From Mobula hypostoma (taxonomy: Eukaryota), in the NCBI RefSeq assembly GCF_963921235.1, contig NC_086108.1, positions 11,842,001 to 11,906,000 of the forward strand: a stretch of DNA of 64,000 bases, read 5' to 3'. A program made the position numbers and the translations under genes. The stretch's first letter is position 1. Every line of letters begins with the position of its first letter. The notes below the pieces were generated by a model. It ran no database searches and had not been told where the DNA came from. It was given only the letters and a program-made list of their open reading frames with translations. Positions 10,601-23,445 of the stretch are shown here, piece after piece.

Positions 10601-13600
10601 GTTGACATGTTGTTATCTTGGACCTAAAGCACTCCACTGGCTTCTGTCCCTTTTTAACTGTTGCCTAAGATCATTAAAGATACCTAAAAAGTGGAGAAGA
10701 GCCAAAGTTGTTGCTCTCCTAAAACCCAATAAAGACCCCAACATTCGTAAAAACTACAGACAGATTTCCTTGCTCTGCACCCTCTATAAACTCTACGAGA
10801 GACTCATACTGAAAAGAATATCCCCCTTAGTCAAAGATCTTCAAACACCACAGCAAGCTGGGTTCAGGCCAGGCTGCTCTTGCTACAGTCAAGTCCTGAA
10901 CTTAACCCAGTGTATTGAGGACGACTTTGAAATGCAACAAATTACAGGGGCAGTATTCATTGACTTAACAGCAGCATACGACACTGTGAATCACAGAGCC
11001 CTTCTACTGAAATTATCTAAAATGTTAAAGAACGAAAACACAGTCAAAGTAATAAGAAGCCTCCTAGAAAATCATAGATTTTATGTAGAAATGAATGGAA
11101 TTAAGAGTAGGTGGCATCCACAAAAGAATGGACTACCACAAGGATCAGTCCTGGCACCTCTATTATTTAATGTCTACACAAACCCAACCTTTCCTAACAC
11201 ACGCAGGTTTATCTCTGCAGACGACCTATGCATAGCAACACAAGCTAACTCTTTCCAGGAAGATGAACCATGACTTACAGCAGTCCTCGAGGCAATGAAG
11301 TAGTATTATGAAAAATGGTCCCTGAACCTAAATCCATCAAAAACTCAAGTGTGTGCATTCCACCTAAGGAATCGAGAAGCAGCTCGGAAACTCAAGATCT
11401 TCTGGTGTGGGAAGGAGCTCGAACACTATCCGACTCCAATTTACCTGGGCGTGACACTGAATAGGACGCTCTCATTTGCCACCCACTTCCAAAAACTCCG
11501 AGGGAAAGTTGGCCCTCGCAAATCTGTCTTGAAAAAATTAGCAGGCACGAAATGGGGAGCTAATGCTCACACACTTAGATCAACTGTCCTAGCACTCTGC
11601 TATGCACCTGCAGAATACTGTGCACCTGTGTGGGGCAGATCAGCCCATGCAAAGAAAATAGACCCGTTGCTTAACGAAGCCTGCCGAATAATCACGGGCA
11701 CACTGCGCCCCACACCCACCAACATCATTTACAGACTTGCAGGCATTGCTTCCCCAGAGATCCGAAGACACAATACAACAAGAATTGAAAAAGGTAAACA
11801 GAACTCGGATTGATGGCACCCTCTACACCATCATGAGCCAATTTCCAACTGCCTAAAATCGAGGAAAAACTTTGCTACAGTAGAGGAACTACCACATGGA
11901 ACATCCCACCAAACACACAAGAATGACCTCTGGCAACAAACAGAAGCCAGAACCCCACCAAACAATACAGTGCAAGACCCCACAGAAATGTTACCAGACG
12001 GGGCACTGCTTGACAGACGGAAGTGATGCACTCTCAACAGATCGAGAGCGAGAGTTTGTAGGACGGGAGACAATATGGTGAAGTGGGGTTTAAAGACCAG
12101 CGAATCCTGTGAGTGTGGCGAAAGGCTGCAGAACATCGAACACGTTCTGCACAACTACCCACTCTCACCTGATTTAGCTGACACTGACCTGCTCAACATC
12201 AACCAAACAACACTAGAGTGGCTGGCTGTCTGGTGTGACAAGCTATGATGATGACATGTTGTTATGTTAGTGGTAGATTCACTATTATCAACATGGGGTG
12301 GTGTTAGAGGTAGATTCACAATTGCTGACATAGTGTTCTGTTAATGGCAGATTCACAATTGTTGACAAGGGCTGGTGTTACAGGCAGATTCTCGATTGGT
12401 GTTAGAAGTAGATTCACCATTGTTGACATGTTGTGGTGTTAGAGGCAGATTCACAATTGTTGACATGGGTGGTGTTGGAGACAGATTCATAATTGTTCAC
12501 ATGTGGTGGTGGTATTAGAAGCACATTCACAATTGTTGACAAGTGGTCATGTTAGAGGTAGATTCACCATTGTTCACATGGTGTGGTGAGTGATGCAGAT
12601 TTACAATTGTTGATATTGATTGGAGTAGTTTTAGAGGCAGATTCACCATTGTTGACAAGGGCTGGTGTTACAAGAAGTTTCACGATTGTTGATAAGAGTT
12701 AGCGTTAAAGGTAAATTCACCAGTATTGACGTTGGGTGGTTTTAGAGGCATATTCACAACAGGTGACATGTTGTGGTGTAAGGGGAAGATTCACAATTGT
12801 TGATCAGGGTTAGGGTTAGAGGGAAATACACAATTGTTGACATGGGGTGGAGTTGGTGACACATTCGCATTTGTTGACATGGGGTCACGTTAGAGGTGTT
12901 TCACAATTGTTGAGATGGCGTGATAGTACAAGCTGATTCAGCACTATTGTCAAGAGGTGTTGATAGAGGCAGATTTATCATTGTTGACAAGGAGTGGTGT
13001 TAGAGGCAGATTCATGATTGTTCATAAGAGCTGGTGTTAGGGGTAAATTCACCATTGCTGACATGGGGTGGTGAAGAGGCAGATACACAATTGTTGACAA
13101 GGGGTGGTGTTGGAGACAGATTCACCATTATTGACAAGGGCTGGTGTTTAGGCAGATTCACCATTGTTGATAAGAGTTGGTGTTAGTAGATGCACCATTG
13201 TTGACATTGGGTGGTGTTAGAGGCACATTCACAATTGCTGACAAAGGGTGGTGTTTTAGGCAGATTTACAATTGTTGACAAGGCATCGTGTTTTAGGCAC
13301 ATGCACAATTGTTGACAGGGGGTAGTGTTAGAGTAGATTCACAATTTTTGACAAGAGGTGCTGTTAGAGACAGATTCACAATTGTTGACCTGGGGTGGTG
13401 TTAGGGGCAGATTCACAATTGTTCACAAGTGATAGTGTTAGAGGCTGATTCACCATTGTTGACAAAGGGTGGTTTTAGAGGCTGATCCTCAATTGTTGAC
13501 AGGGGTGGTGTTAGAGACAGATTCACTATTGTTGACAAGATATGGGGTTAGAGGCAAATTCACCATTGTTGACATCGGGTGGTTTTTGAGGCAGATTCAA

Positions 13601-14008
13601 AATTATTTACAATGAGTGTTGTTAGGGGCAGGTTCAAAATTGTTGACTTGGTGTTGCGTCAGAGGCAGTATTGCTATATTTGACATGGGGTGATGTTACT
13701 GGTCTATTTAGTCCTGTTGACAAGAGTTGATTTTCGATGCAGATTTTCCTTTGCTGCCAAGAGGTTGTGTTTGAGGCTGATTCACAATTGTTGGCATGGG
13801 ATGATGTTAGAGGCTAATTCACTGCTGTTGATAAGAGGTGGTGTTAGAGGCAGATTCACAATTGCTGACAAGGTGTGGTGTTAAGTGCAGTTTCACCATT
13901 GATGACAAAGGGTGGTATTAGAGGCAGATTCACTATCGTTGACATGAGGAGGTGTTAGAGGCAGTTTCATCATTGTTGCAAGAGGTGCTGTTCACGGCAG
14001 ATTCACAT
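7625..14008. repeat. 37-bp satellite array (consensus about GGGGTGGTGTTAGAGGCAGATTCACAATTGTTGACAA)
   Basis: Period 37 (e.g. AGGCAGATTC at 9181 and 9218); interrupted by a LINE at 10617-12254. Confidence 0.95.
10617..12254 (+). mobile_element. 5'-truncated Vingi/ingi-related LINE (RT and C-terminal Zn finger, no RNase H)
   Basis: QAGFRPG, FIDLTAAYDTV, GLPQGSVLAP, SADD, LAGTKWGA..LCYAPAEYCAPVW, CECG..EHVL; (TGA)n tail; TSD CATGTTGTTAT at 10606-10616 and 12255-12265. Confidence 0.8.
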
Positions 14009-14014
14009 TTATCC

Positions 14015-15290
14015 ATATAACATATAACCATATAACAATTACAGTACAGAAACAGGCCATCTTGGCCCTTCTAGTCTGTGCCAAACACTTACTCTCACCT
14101 AGTCCCACCTACCTGCACTCAGCCCATAACCCTCCATTCCTTTCCTGTCCATATATCTATCCAATTTGACTTTAAACGACAACATTGAACCTGCCTCAAC
14201 CACTTCTGCTGGAAGCTCATTCCACACAGCGACCATTCTCTGAGTAAAGAAGTTCCCCATCATGTTACCCCTAAACTTTTACCCTTTAACTCTCAACTCA
14301 TTGTTTGAATCTCCCCCATTCTCAATGGAAAAAGCCTATCCACGTCAACTCTATCAATCCCCTTCATAATTTTAAACACCTCTATCAAATCCCCCCTCAA
14401 CCTTCTACGTTCCAAAGAATAAAGACCTAACTTGTTCAACCTTTCTCTGTAACTTAGGAGATCAAACCCAGGCAACATTTTAGTAGACCTCCTCTGTACT
14501 CTCTCAATTTTATTGACAACTTTCCTATAATTCGGTGACCAGAACTGTATACAATACTCCAAATTTGGCCTTACCAATGCCTTATACAATTTCAACATTA
14601 CATCCCAACTCCTATACTCAATGCTCTGATTTATAAAGCCAGCATACCAAAGGCTTTCTTCTCCACCCTATCCACATCAGATTCCACCTTCAGGGAACTA
14701 TGCACCATTATTCCTAGATCCTTCTGTTCTACAGTATTCTTCAATGCCCTACCATTTACCATGTGTGTCCTATTTTGATTAGTACCACCAAAATGTAGCA
14801 CCTCACATTTTTCAGCATTAAATTCCATCTGTCATCTTTCAGCCCACTCTTCTAACTGGCCTAAATCTCTCTGCAAGCTTTGAAAACCTACTTCATTATC
14901 CACAACACCACCTATCTTAGTATCATCTGCATACTTACTAATCCAATTTACCACCCTGTCATCCAGATCATTAATATATATGACAAACAACATTGGACCC
15001 AGTACTGATCCCTGAGGCACACCGCTACACACCGTCCTCTAATCTGACACACTGTTATCCACTACTACTCTCTGGCATCTCCCATCTAGCCATTGCTGAA
15101 TCCATTTTACTACTTCGATATTAGTGCCTAACGATTGACCCTTCCTAACTAACCTTCTGTGTGGAATTTTATCAAAGGCCTTACTGAAGTCCATATGGAC
15201 AACATCCACCGCTTTACCCTCGTCAACTTTCCTAGTGACCTCTTCAAAAAATTCAGTAAGATTAGTCAAACATGACCTTCCACGCACAAA
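14015..15290 (-). mobile_element. 5'-truncated CR1 LINE
   Basis: [38 protein letters not shown]; (GTTATATG)n-like tail. Confidence 0.92.
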
Positions 15291-15291
15291 A

Positions 15292-15445
15292 GGTTGACAA
15301 GGTTGGTGTTTGAGGGAGATTTACTATTTTCGACAAGGTGTGGTTTTAGAGACAGATTCTCATTGTTGACAAGGGGTTGTGTTAAAGTCAGATTCATAAC
15401 TCTTGACAAGGAATGGTGTTAGAGGCTGATTCAGCACTGTTGACA
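15292..15445. repeat. Distal remnant of the 37-bp satellite
   Basis: Same GTGTTAGAG..GATTC..GTTGACAA units beyond the CR1. Confidence 0.8.
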
Positions 15446-15595
15446 ATGCAGCGTTATTTTTCATCCTTAATTGGTGGGGTCATGTTATGACTCCTATTTG
15501 AGCCACTGCACGGTGTCAAAGCTCAGAGCTCCATGATGGAGCATATACGTAACATTACAACACAGAACTGTCCCTTCAGCCCACGATGTTGTGTG

Positions 15596-15882
15596 AAGGG
15601 TGTGTGGGAAATATGTATCTACCAAAGGAGGTGTAAAACACTCCTTCTCTCCACTAGCCTGCAGGGCACCCTTGGGCAAAGTGTATCAACTGTTTAAACA
15701 CACCCCTCCCAAGTTTGGATCATGTGAAGCATTAGGAGCGGGTGGTGGATGGTCGTATGAACAGCTGGTGTATATCACAATTCCTGTTTATGCAACCATT
15801 GATGCTATGCAGACAATCTCTGCCTAGTATTTATAATGGCTGACATCACCAGTCTTGTAAAGACACTGTCCAGAAGAAGGCA
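15596..15882 (+). mobile_element. Probable RTE-related SINE or UTR fragment
   Basis: Ends at GAAGAAGGCA, the start of the RTE/BovB-like GAAGGCAATGGCAAACC motif; recall only. Confidence 0.3.
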
Positions 15883-16279
15883 GAAATTAAAAAATGAAAG
15901 CCAGGCATTAAATTCTCTAAATTGTTGAAGTTTAATCTATGTAGCCTGTAACAGTTTGAAGATAGATGGAACAGTTCCTTCAGTGTTACTAAGTTAGCAC
16001 ATTTTTTTTTTGCAAATTAAGATGGGAACAGGATGCCAGAAGAAGTGGAATCAGAAAATGATAACTAATATTTAAAGGAAAGGTGATAATTAGAGGATTG
16101 GAATAAGTAACGAAAATTGGAGTGGCAATAAGCAGCCCTCGTTAACAGGAAATGATTACAGATCTCAGGAAAATTGAGAGGGTGAAAAGGCAGCATCACA
16201 ACAAGAATGGGAATGCAGTTTCATCAGAGACACAAAAAACTACTGGAGGAACCCAGTTGGTTAAGCAGCATCAGACGAT

Positions 16280-16825
16280 ATGACCATAAGCCATAGGAGC
16301 AGAATAAGGCCCTTTGGCCCATTAATTCTGCCCTGTCATTCCATCATGTCTGATTTACTATCCCTCTCAGCTGCTTTCTTCTGCCTTCTCCCCATAATCT
16401 TTGATGCCCGGAATAATCAAAACCCTATCAACTTCCGCTTTATGTATACCCAATGACTCGGACCCCTCAACCATCAGTGGCAATGAATTCCACAGATTCA
16501 CCATCCTCTCGCTGAAGAACTTCCTCCTCGGCTCCATTCTAAATGGATGTCCCTCTATTCCGAGGCTGCGTCCTCCAGTCCTGGACTCTCCCACCACAGG
16601 AAACATCCTCTGCACATCCACTCTGTCTAGTTCTTTCAATATTCGATATGCTTCAAGGTGCTCCCACTTCATTCTTCTAAACTTGTGAGATCATGCTAGA
16701 GCCATCAAACGTTCCTCATACATTAACCCTTTCATTACCCGAATCATTCTTCTGAACCTCCTTTGGGCCCTCTCCAATTCTAGCACATCCTTTGTTAGAT
16801 AAGGGCCCCAAAATACTTCAAGTGA
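16280..16825 (-). mobile_element. CR1 3' fragment
   Basis: ILKELDRVDV..FFSERMVNLWNSLP; CCATAAG tail. Confidence 0.8.
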
Positions 16826-17097
16826 ATTAGGGTTAAGGCTACCCCCTAATCCCATTGCGTCTATGGGGAGGAATGAGGAATTGATCTTTCAGGCCAAGAC
16901 CCTTCATCAGGCCTTACCTGAAGAAGACCCTCCATAAGTTACACTGTGTCACCAATGCCCCTCGCTCAAAGTCCATGCTGCTCCCATGCTTTCTCCTGAT
17001 ATAAGAGGCATTTGGGATATTTGAGTCCAGTTTAGGGAATCTCATTAAGCCCCTTCCCTCACTATTTACTTATAACCAGTCTGTCTGGAATGTCATA

Positions 17098-17607
17098 GAG
17101 GGAGTACAAAGAAGGTTCACCAGATTGATTCCTGGGATAGCAGGACTTTCATATGAAGAAAGACTGGATGAACTGGGCTTGTACTCGTTGGAATTTAGAA
17201 GATTGAGGGGGGATCTGATTGAAACGTATAAAATCCTAAAGGGATTGGACAGGCTAGATGCAGGAAGATTGTTCCCAATGTTGGGGAAGTCCAGAACGAG
17301 GGGTCACAGTTTGAGGATAAAGGGGAAGCCTTTTAGGACCGAGATTAGGAAAAACTTCTTCACACAGACAGTGGTGAATCTGTGGAATTCTCTGCCACAG
17401 GAAACAGTTGAGGCCAGTTCATTGGCTATATTTAAGAGGGAGTTAGATAGGGCCCTTGTGGCTACGGGGATCAGGGGGTATGGAAGGAAGGCTGGTACAG
17501 GGTTCTGAGTTGGATGATCAGCCATGATCATACTGAATGGTGGTGCAGGCTCGAAGGGTCCAATGGCCTACCCCTGCACCTATTTTCTATGTTTCTATGT
17601 TTCTATG
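17098..17607 (+). mobile_element. Young CR1 3' fragment
   Basis: ORF 17125-17508 intact C-terminus; (TTTCTATG)n tail; near-identical to 26934-27430 and 46617-47090. Confidence 0.92.
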
Positions 17608-18640
17608 TCCATCAGCTGATTTCCATTTTCTCAACACTCTCCTACACTGGGAGTCACTTACAGTGGCCAGTTATCCAACAAACTTTGACTGACAACGATG
17701 TCAACACACAGACATCACCGGAGGAATTTATCAGTCAGGTAGCATCCACGGAAATGAATAAAGAGCTGCCATTTCAGGTGAATTCCCTCTATCAGGTCCA
17801 GAAGGGAAGAAGAAGAAGCCAGAATAAGAAAGTAAGGGAGTGGAAGCAGCACAGGCTAGAAGGTGATAGGTGAAACCTAGTGGATGGGAGAAGTGCAAAA
17901 CTGTAAGGTGATAGGAGGAAAAGGTGAAACATGAGAGTTCTTCATAACTTCTGGCATCTTCAACGGGACCCTACCAACCTTTTCCTCCCTATCCCCCACT
18001 CTCCGCTTTCTGCAGGGATCACTCCCTTTGTGATTCCTTTGTCCACACTCCCCTCCTCACTAATCTCCCTCCTGGCAATAGGTAGGATGCTACCTACTTA
18101 TCCCTGCAAGCAGAGGAGCCCGTCCTGCCCATTCACCTCCTTCCTCACGCCCATTCGGGGCTCCAAACAGACCTTCCAGGTAAAGCAACCCTTCACCTGC
18201 AAATCCGCTGGATTCATCAACTGTATTTGGTGCTCCTGATGTGGCCTTATCAATATTGTTGTGACCCGTCAAAGATTGGGGGATCATTTTAATTTCTATT
18301 TCCATTCCTGTTCTGACCTGGCAGTCCATGGCCTTCTCTACTGTCACGTTGGAGGAGCTATGCTTCATATTCCATTTGCGTTGCCTCCTACCTGATAGCA
18401 TGTACCACAATTTCTCCAACTTCCAGCACTTTTCCTCCTCCTCCTTCCTCCTTCTTCTCCAAATCCCATCTCTAGCGTGCCCTTCTATCTCTTTTCCTCA
18501 GCTGCCTCTTACCTCTCTCTGGTGTTGGTCCTACCTCCTGACATGTCAGATTCTTCTTCTCCAGGCCTTTGCCTTACCTATCTATCTCCTACAAGTTTCT
18601 TTTTTCACAACCCCCCTCCCCATCCACCTGGCTTCACATA

Positions 18641-20211
18641 CAGTGGCATGCAAAAGTTTGGGCACACCTGGTCAAAATTTCTGTTACTGCGAACAGTTAT
18701 ATGAGTAGAAGATGAACTGATCTCTAAAAGTCATAAAGTTAACGATGAAACATTCTTTTCAACATTTTAAGCAAGATTAGGGTATTATTTCTGTTCTGTA
18801 AAATTTTAGAGTGAAAAAAAGGAAAGGAGCACCATGCAAAGTTTGGGCACCTCAAGAGTTTTGAGCTCTCAGATAACTTTTACCAAGGTCTCAGACCTTA
18901 ATTAGCTTGTTAGGGCTATGGCTTGTTCACAGTTATTGTTAGGAAAGGCCAGGTGATGCAAATTTCAAAGCTTTATAAATACCCTGACTCTTCAAACCTT
19001 GTCCCAACAATCAGCAACCATGGGGTCCTCTACGCAGCTGCCTAGCACTCTGAAAATTAAAATAAATGATGCCCACAAAGCAGGAGGAGGCTATAAGAAG
19101 ATAGCAAAGCGTTAGGTAGCAGTTTCCTTAGTTCATAGTGTAATTAAGAAATGGCAGTTAACAGGAACGGTGGAGGTCAAGTTGAGGTCTGGAAGACCAG
19201 GAAAACTTTCCAATGGAACTCTTCTTACAATTGCTAGAAAAGCAAATCAAAACCCCCCTCTGACTGCAAAAGACCTTCAGGAAGATTTAGCAGACTCTGG
19301 AGTGGTGGTGCACTGTTATATTGTGCAGCAACACCTGCACAAATATGACTTTCATGGAAGAGTCATCAGAAGAATACCTTTCCTGTGTCCTCACCACAAA
19401 ATTCAGCGTCAGAAGTTTGTGAAGGAACATCTAAACAAGCCTGATGCATTTTGGAAACAAGTCCTGTGGACTGATGAAGTTAAAATAGAACTTTTTGGCC
19501 ACAATGAGCAAAGGTATGTTTGGAGAAAAAAGGGTGCAGAATTTCATGAAAAGAACACCTCTCCAACTGTTAAGCACAGGTGTAGATCGATCATGCTTTG
19601 GGCTTGTGTTGCAGCCAGTGGCACGGGCAAATTCTGGAAGCAAACATCATATCATCTGTAAAAAAGCTGAAGATGAAAAGAGGATGGCTTCTACAACAGG
19701 ATAATGATTCTGAACACAACTCAAGATCCACAATGGACTACCTCAAGAGGTGCAAGCTGAAGGTTTTGTCATGGCCCTAACAGTCCCCCCACCTAAACAT
19801 CATCGAAAATATGTTGTTAGACCTCAAAAGAGCATTGCATGCAAGACGGCCCAAGAATCTCACAAAACTAGAAGCCTTTTGCAAGGAAGAATGGGCAAAA
19901 ATCCCCCAGACAAAAATTAAAAGACTCTTAGCTGGCTACAGAAAGTGTTTACAAGCTGTGATACTTGCCAAAGGGTGTGTTACTAAGTACTGACCATGCA
20001 GGGTGCCCAAACATTTGCTTTGGGCCCTTTTCCTTTTTTGTTATTTTGAAACTTTAAAAGATGGAAATAAAAAAGTCATCTTGCTTAAAATATTAAAGAA
20101 ATGTGTCATCTTCAACTTCATGCCTTTTGGAAATCAGGTCATCTTTTACTCGCTTAGCTATTGACAGTAACAGATATTTTGACTGGGGTGTCCAAACTTT
20201 TGCAATCACTG
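18641..20211 (+). mobile_element. Tc1/mariner DNA transposon with about 210-bp IR/DR TIRs
   Basis: TA|CAGTG...CACTG|TA; internal DR ATGCAAAAGTTTGGGCAC at about 18834; inserted in a Penelope element. Confidence 0.93.
19020..19993 (+). pseudogene. Tc1 transposase pseudogene
   Basis: RSGRP, VLWTDEVKIELF, LQQDND, SPHLNIIEN motifs; frameshifts, a stop and a small deletion at about 19627. Confidence 0.9.
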
Positions 20212-20714
20212 TATCATCTTCCAGCTTGTCTTCCTTCCCCTCCCTTTCCTGCTTATTCAGACATCTTCCTCCTTCCTTTCCAGTCTGAATGAAGGGTCTC
20301 AACCTGAAACATCAACTGCTAACTAATTTCCATCGATACTGCCTGACTTGTTGAGTTCCTCCAGCATTTTATGTGTGTTATTCTGGATTTCCAGTATCTG
20401 CAGAAACTCTTGTGTTTATGTTTTCCAACATGCATATCAGTATTTAGTTGCTACAGAACATACGTAGCAGCATAGTACAGAATAAGAACAGACCCTTTGC
20501 CCCAAAATGTTATGCTAAACTAACTGAACGACCATATCCCTCTGTACAACAACACTCTCAAGTGTTCTGCCATTAACAGTGCACTTTCTTTTCTCATTTG
20601 ATCTCACTAAACAACAAAAATGTTTTGCTTCCTGAATACTTTTGGTTGTATCTTCCCTATCACACACCATATTTTTGAATTTTCCCATATTTGTTATTTC
20701 AATTCATAATTCAA

Positions 20715-21325
20715 GTCAGAATAATTGATTAAGGAAGGCATTTTTGTTGGTCCACAAATCAAACGGGTCATCAGTGATAGGCAATTTGAAAAACTTCTAG
20801 TGGGACCAAGTGGAAGGTGTCAAAGGATGGTGTTGGAAATCTTATTGACAACTGCAGAGCACCAAACTATGTGCAGCTGGTTGACAACATGCTTCAAGTA
20901 TACAAAATCATGAAGTTCAACATGTCACTAAAGAGTAAAGTTTTGCATTCCCATTTAGAGTTCTTCCCTGCAAATCTTGGCACTGTCAGTGACGAGCATG
21001 GTGAAAGGTTTCACCAGGACATTGTGGTCATGGAGAAATGGTATCAGGGCAACTGGAACCCATCATAGCTGGCTGATTATTGTTGGACACTTAAGCGAGA
21101 AGCCTCAGACACTGAGAACAACAAAGCATTTTTTGCTTAATTGAGCTATTGCAAAGCGTCAGCACCATTATAGTCAATAAAATATAAACACGTTATATTC
21201 ATTAAAAGTTATTTTCTTGTTTCTCCAAATTCCTGCATGATACAAGTAGTCTGAAATTATATTTGTGTTCAGATTCAATAAACTCTGAGGAAGTAACACC
21301 TTTGAAAAAAATTTGCTGTCGAGTG
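20715..21325 (+). mobile_element. 3' fragment of Chapaev3-like DNA transposon
   Basis: IKEGIFVGPQI..LHSHLEFFPANLGTVSDEHGERFHQDI..YQG; ends AAAAAATTTGCTGTCGAGTG (GTG terminus). Confidence 0.65.
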
Positions 21326-21469
21326 TCTCCCAAAGTGCAACACCCACACTTGCTGAAATTAAGTTCCATCTGCCATTTCTCTAGTCATATCTACAACTGA
21401 TCTGTAACCAGATGTATCCTTTGACAGTCTCCTATACTATTCTCAACAACACCAGTCCAGGTGATCTGT

Positions 21470-22290
21470 ATTAATTAGGAGAATGGGCAAAGAAGTGGCA
21501 AATGGAATACATTGTCAGGAAGTGTATGGTCAGGAACTTTGGTCTAAGAAATAAAAGGACTATTTCCAAAATGGAGAGAAAATTAAAAAATCTCAGGAGA
21601 CTTGAATCCTTATGCAGAATACCCTAAAGGTTAATTTGCAGGATGAGTCAGTGGTGAAGAAGGCAAATGCAATGTTAGTATTCATTTTGAGAGGACTGGA
21701 ATATAAAAGCAAGGATGTAATGTTGAGGCTTTATAAGGCATTAATGAGGCGTCACTTCGAGTATTGTGAGCATGATTGTTCAAGTTCAGGCCCCTTATCT
21801 AAGAAAGGATGTTTTGACATTGGAGATGGTTCAAAGAAGATACATGAAAATGATTCTGGGATGGAAAAACTTTTTGTATAAGATGCATTTGATGGCATTG
21901 GTCTCTACTCACTGGAATTCAGAAGGAGAGGGATCTTATTAGGGTTGAAAGGCCTTGACAGAGTAGATGTGGAGAAGATGTCTCCTTCAGTGAGGAACTC
22001 CAAGACCAGAGGACACAGCCTCAGAATATTGGAATGTCCATTTTGAATGGAGATGAGGACGAATTTCTTTAGCCAGAGAGTGGTGAATTTGTGGAATTCA
22101 TAGCCACAGGCAGCTGTGGAAGCCAGGTCTTTGGGTATATTTAAGGCAGAGATTGATAGATTCTTGATTAGTCATGGCGTGAAGGGATGATGGGAGAAGG
22201 CAGGAGACTGGGGCTGAGAGGGAAATGGATCATCCATGACGGAACGGTGGAGATGACTTGATGAGCCAAATGGCCTAACTCTGCTTCTTA
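21470..22290 (+). mobile_element. Degenerate CR1 3' portion
   Basis: VVKKANAML..GLEYKSKDVMLRLYKAL, FFSQRVVNLWNS, CR1 3' UTR. Confidence 0.8.
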
Positions 22291-22299
22291 GAGTTACTT

Positions 22300-23445
22300 G
22301 TAAAACTGCCATGTCCTTCTCTCAATTCCTCCATCTGAGCCACATCTGCTGTCAGGATGAGGCTTTCCATTCCCGAACTAAGGAGATGTCCTTCTTCTTC
22401 CAAGAAAGGGGCTTTCCTTCCTACACCATCAACGCTGCCCACAACCGTATCTCTTCCATTTCATGCATATCTGCCCTCACCCCACCCTCCACCACCCACC
22501 AGGGATAGAGTTCCACTTGTACTCACCTACAACCTGACCAGCTTCTGCATCCAGTACATAATTCTCCATAACTTCCACAATCTCCCACCACCAACTACAT
22601 CCTTCCCTCCCCACTATACTTTCTGCTTTCTGCAGGAATCGATCCCTATGCAACACTCTTGTCTGTTAGTCCCTCCCCACTGATCTTCCTCCTGGCACTT
22701 TTCCTTTCAAGTGGAACAAGTGTTACACCTGTCCCAAGTGCTACCTCCTCCCTCACTACCATTCAGGGCCCAAAACAGTCCCTCCAGGTGAGGTGACACT
22801 TCACCTGTTGCCAGTTGGGGGTCATCTACTGTATCCAGTGTTCCCAGTATGGCCCCCTGTAGATCAGTGAGACGCGATATAGGTTGAAAGGCTGCTTCAC
22901 CAAACACCTATGTTCTGTCCGCCAGAAAAAGCAGGACGTCCCAGTAGCCACCCATTTTAGTAACACTTCCTATCCACATTCCGATGTGCCAGTCCATGGC
23001 CTCCTCTACTGTCATGATGAGGCCACACTGAGGTTGAAGCAGTAAGAGCTTATATTCCATTTGGGTAGCTTCCAACCTGATGGCATGACTTCAATTTTTC
23101 AAACTTCCACTAATGGTTTCCCTCATCTGTCCTATTCCCCATTCCCATTTCTATCTCTCACCTTATCTCCTTACTTACTCATCACCTCCCTCTGGTACTC
23201 CACCCCCTTTTCTTTCTTCCATGACCTGTCCTCTCCTATCAGATTTACCCTTCCCTGTACCCCAGTTTAACCTATCGCCTAATAATTTGTACTTCTTCCT
23301 TCCCTACCCCCAACTTCTTACTCTGACCTCTCATCTTTTTTTTCCAGTTCTGATGAAGCACCTTGACCTGAAACTACAACAGTACTCCTTTCCATATATG
23401 CTGCCTGGCCTGCTTAGTTCCCCCAGCATTCTGTGTGTGTTTCAC
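22300..23445 (+). mobile_element. Degenerate Penelope-like element, 3' part
   Basis: SQFL..ICCQDEAF..FFQERGFP, RVPLVLTY, GIY-YIG remnants, pyrimidine-rich UTR, decayed hammerhead at 23344-23382. Confidence 0.8.

Larger units (their letters stand above)
17700..20420 (+). mobile_element. Penelope-like element (GIY-YIG 3' part plus pseudo-LTR) with an inverted pLTR copy at its 5' side; split by Tc1
   Basis: FQVKQPFTCKSAGFINCIWCS at about 18170-18240; pLTR at 20214-20420; reverse pLTR copy at 17700-17930. Confidence 0.7.

Noticed and set aside
7625..14008. 37-bp repeats as a CRISPR array
   Set aside because: Units are contiguous with no unique spacers, degenerate, with no cas genes; eukaryotic context
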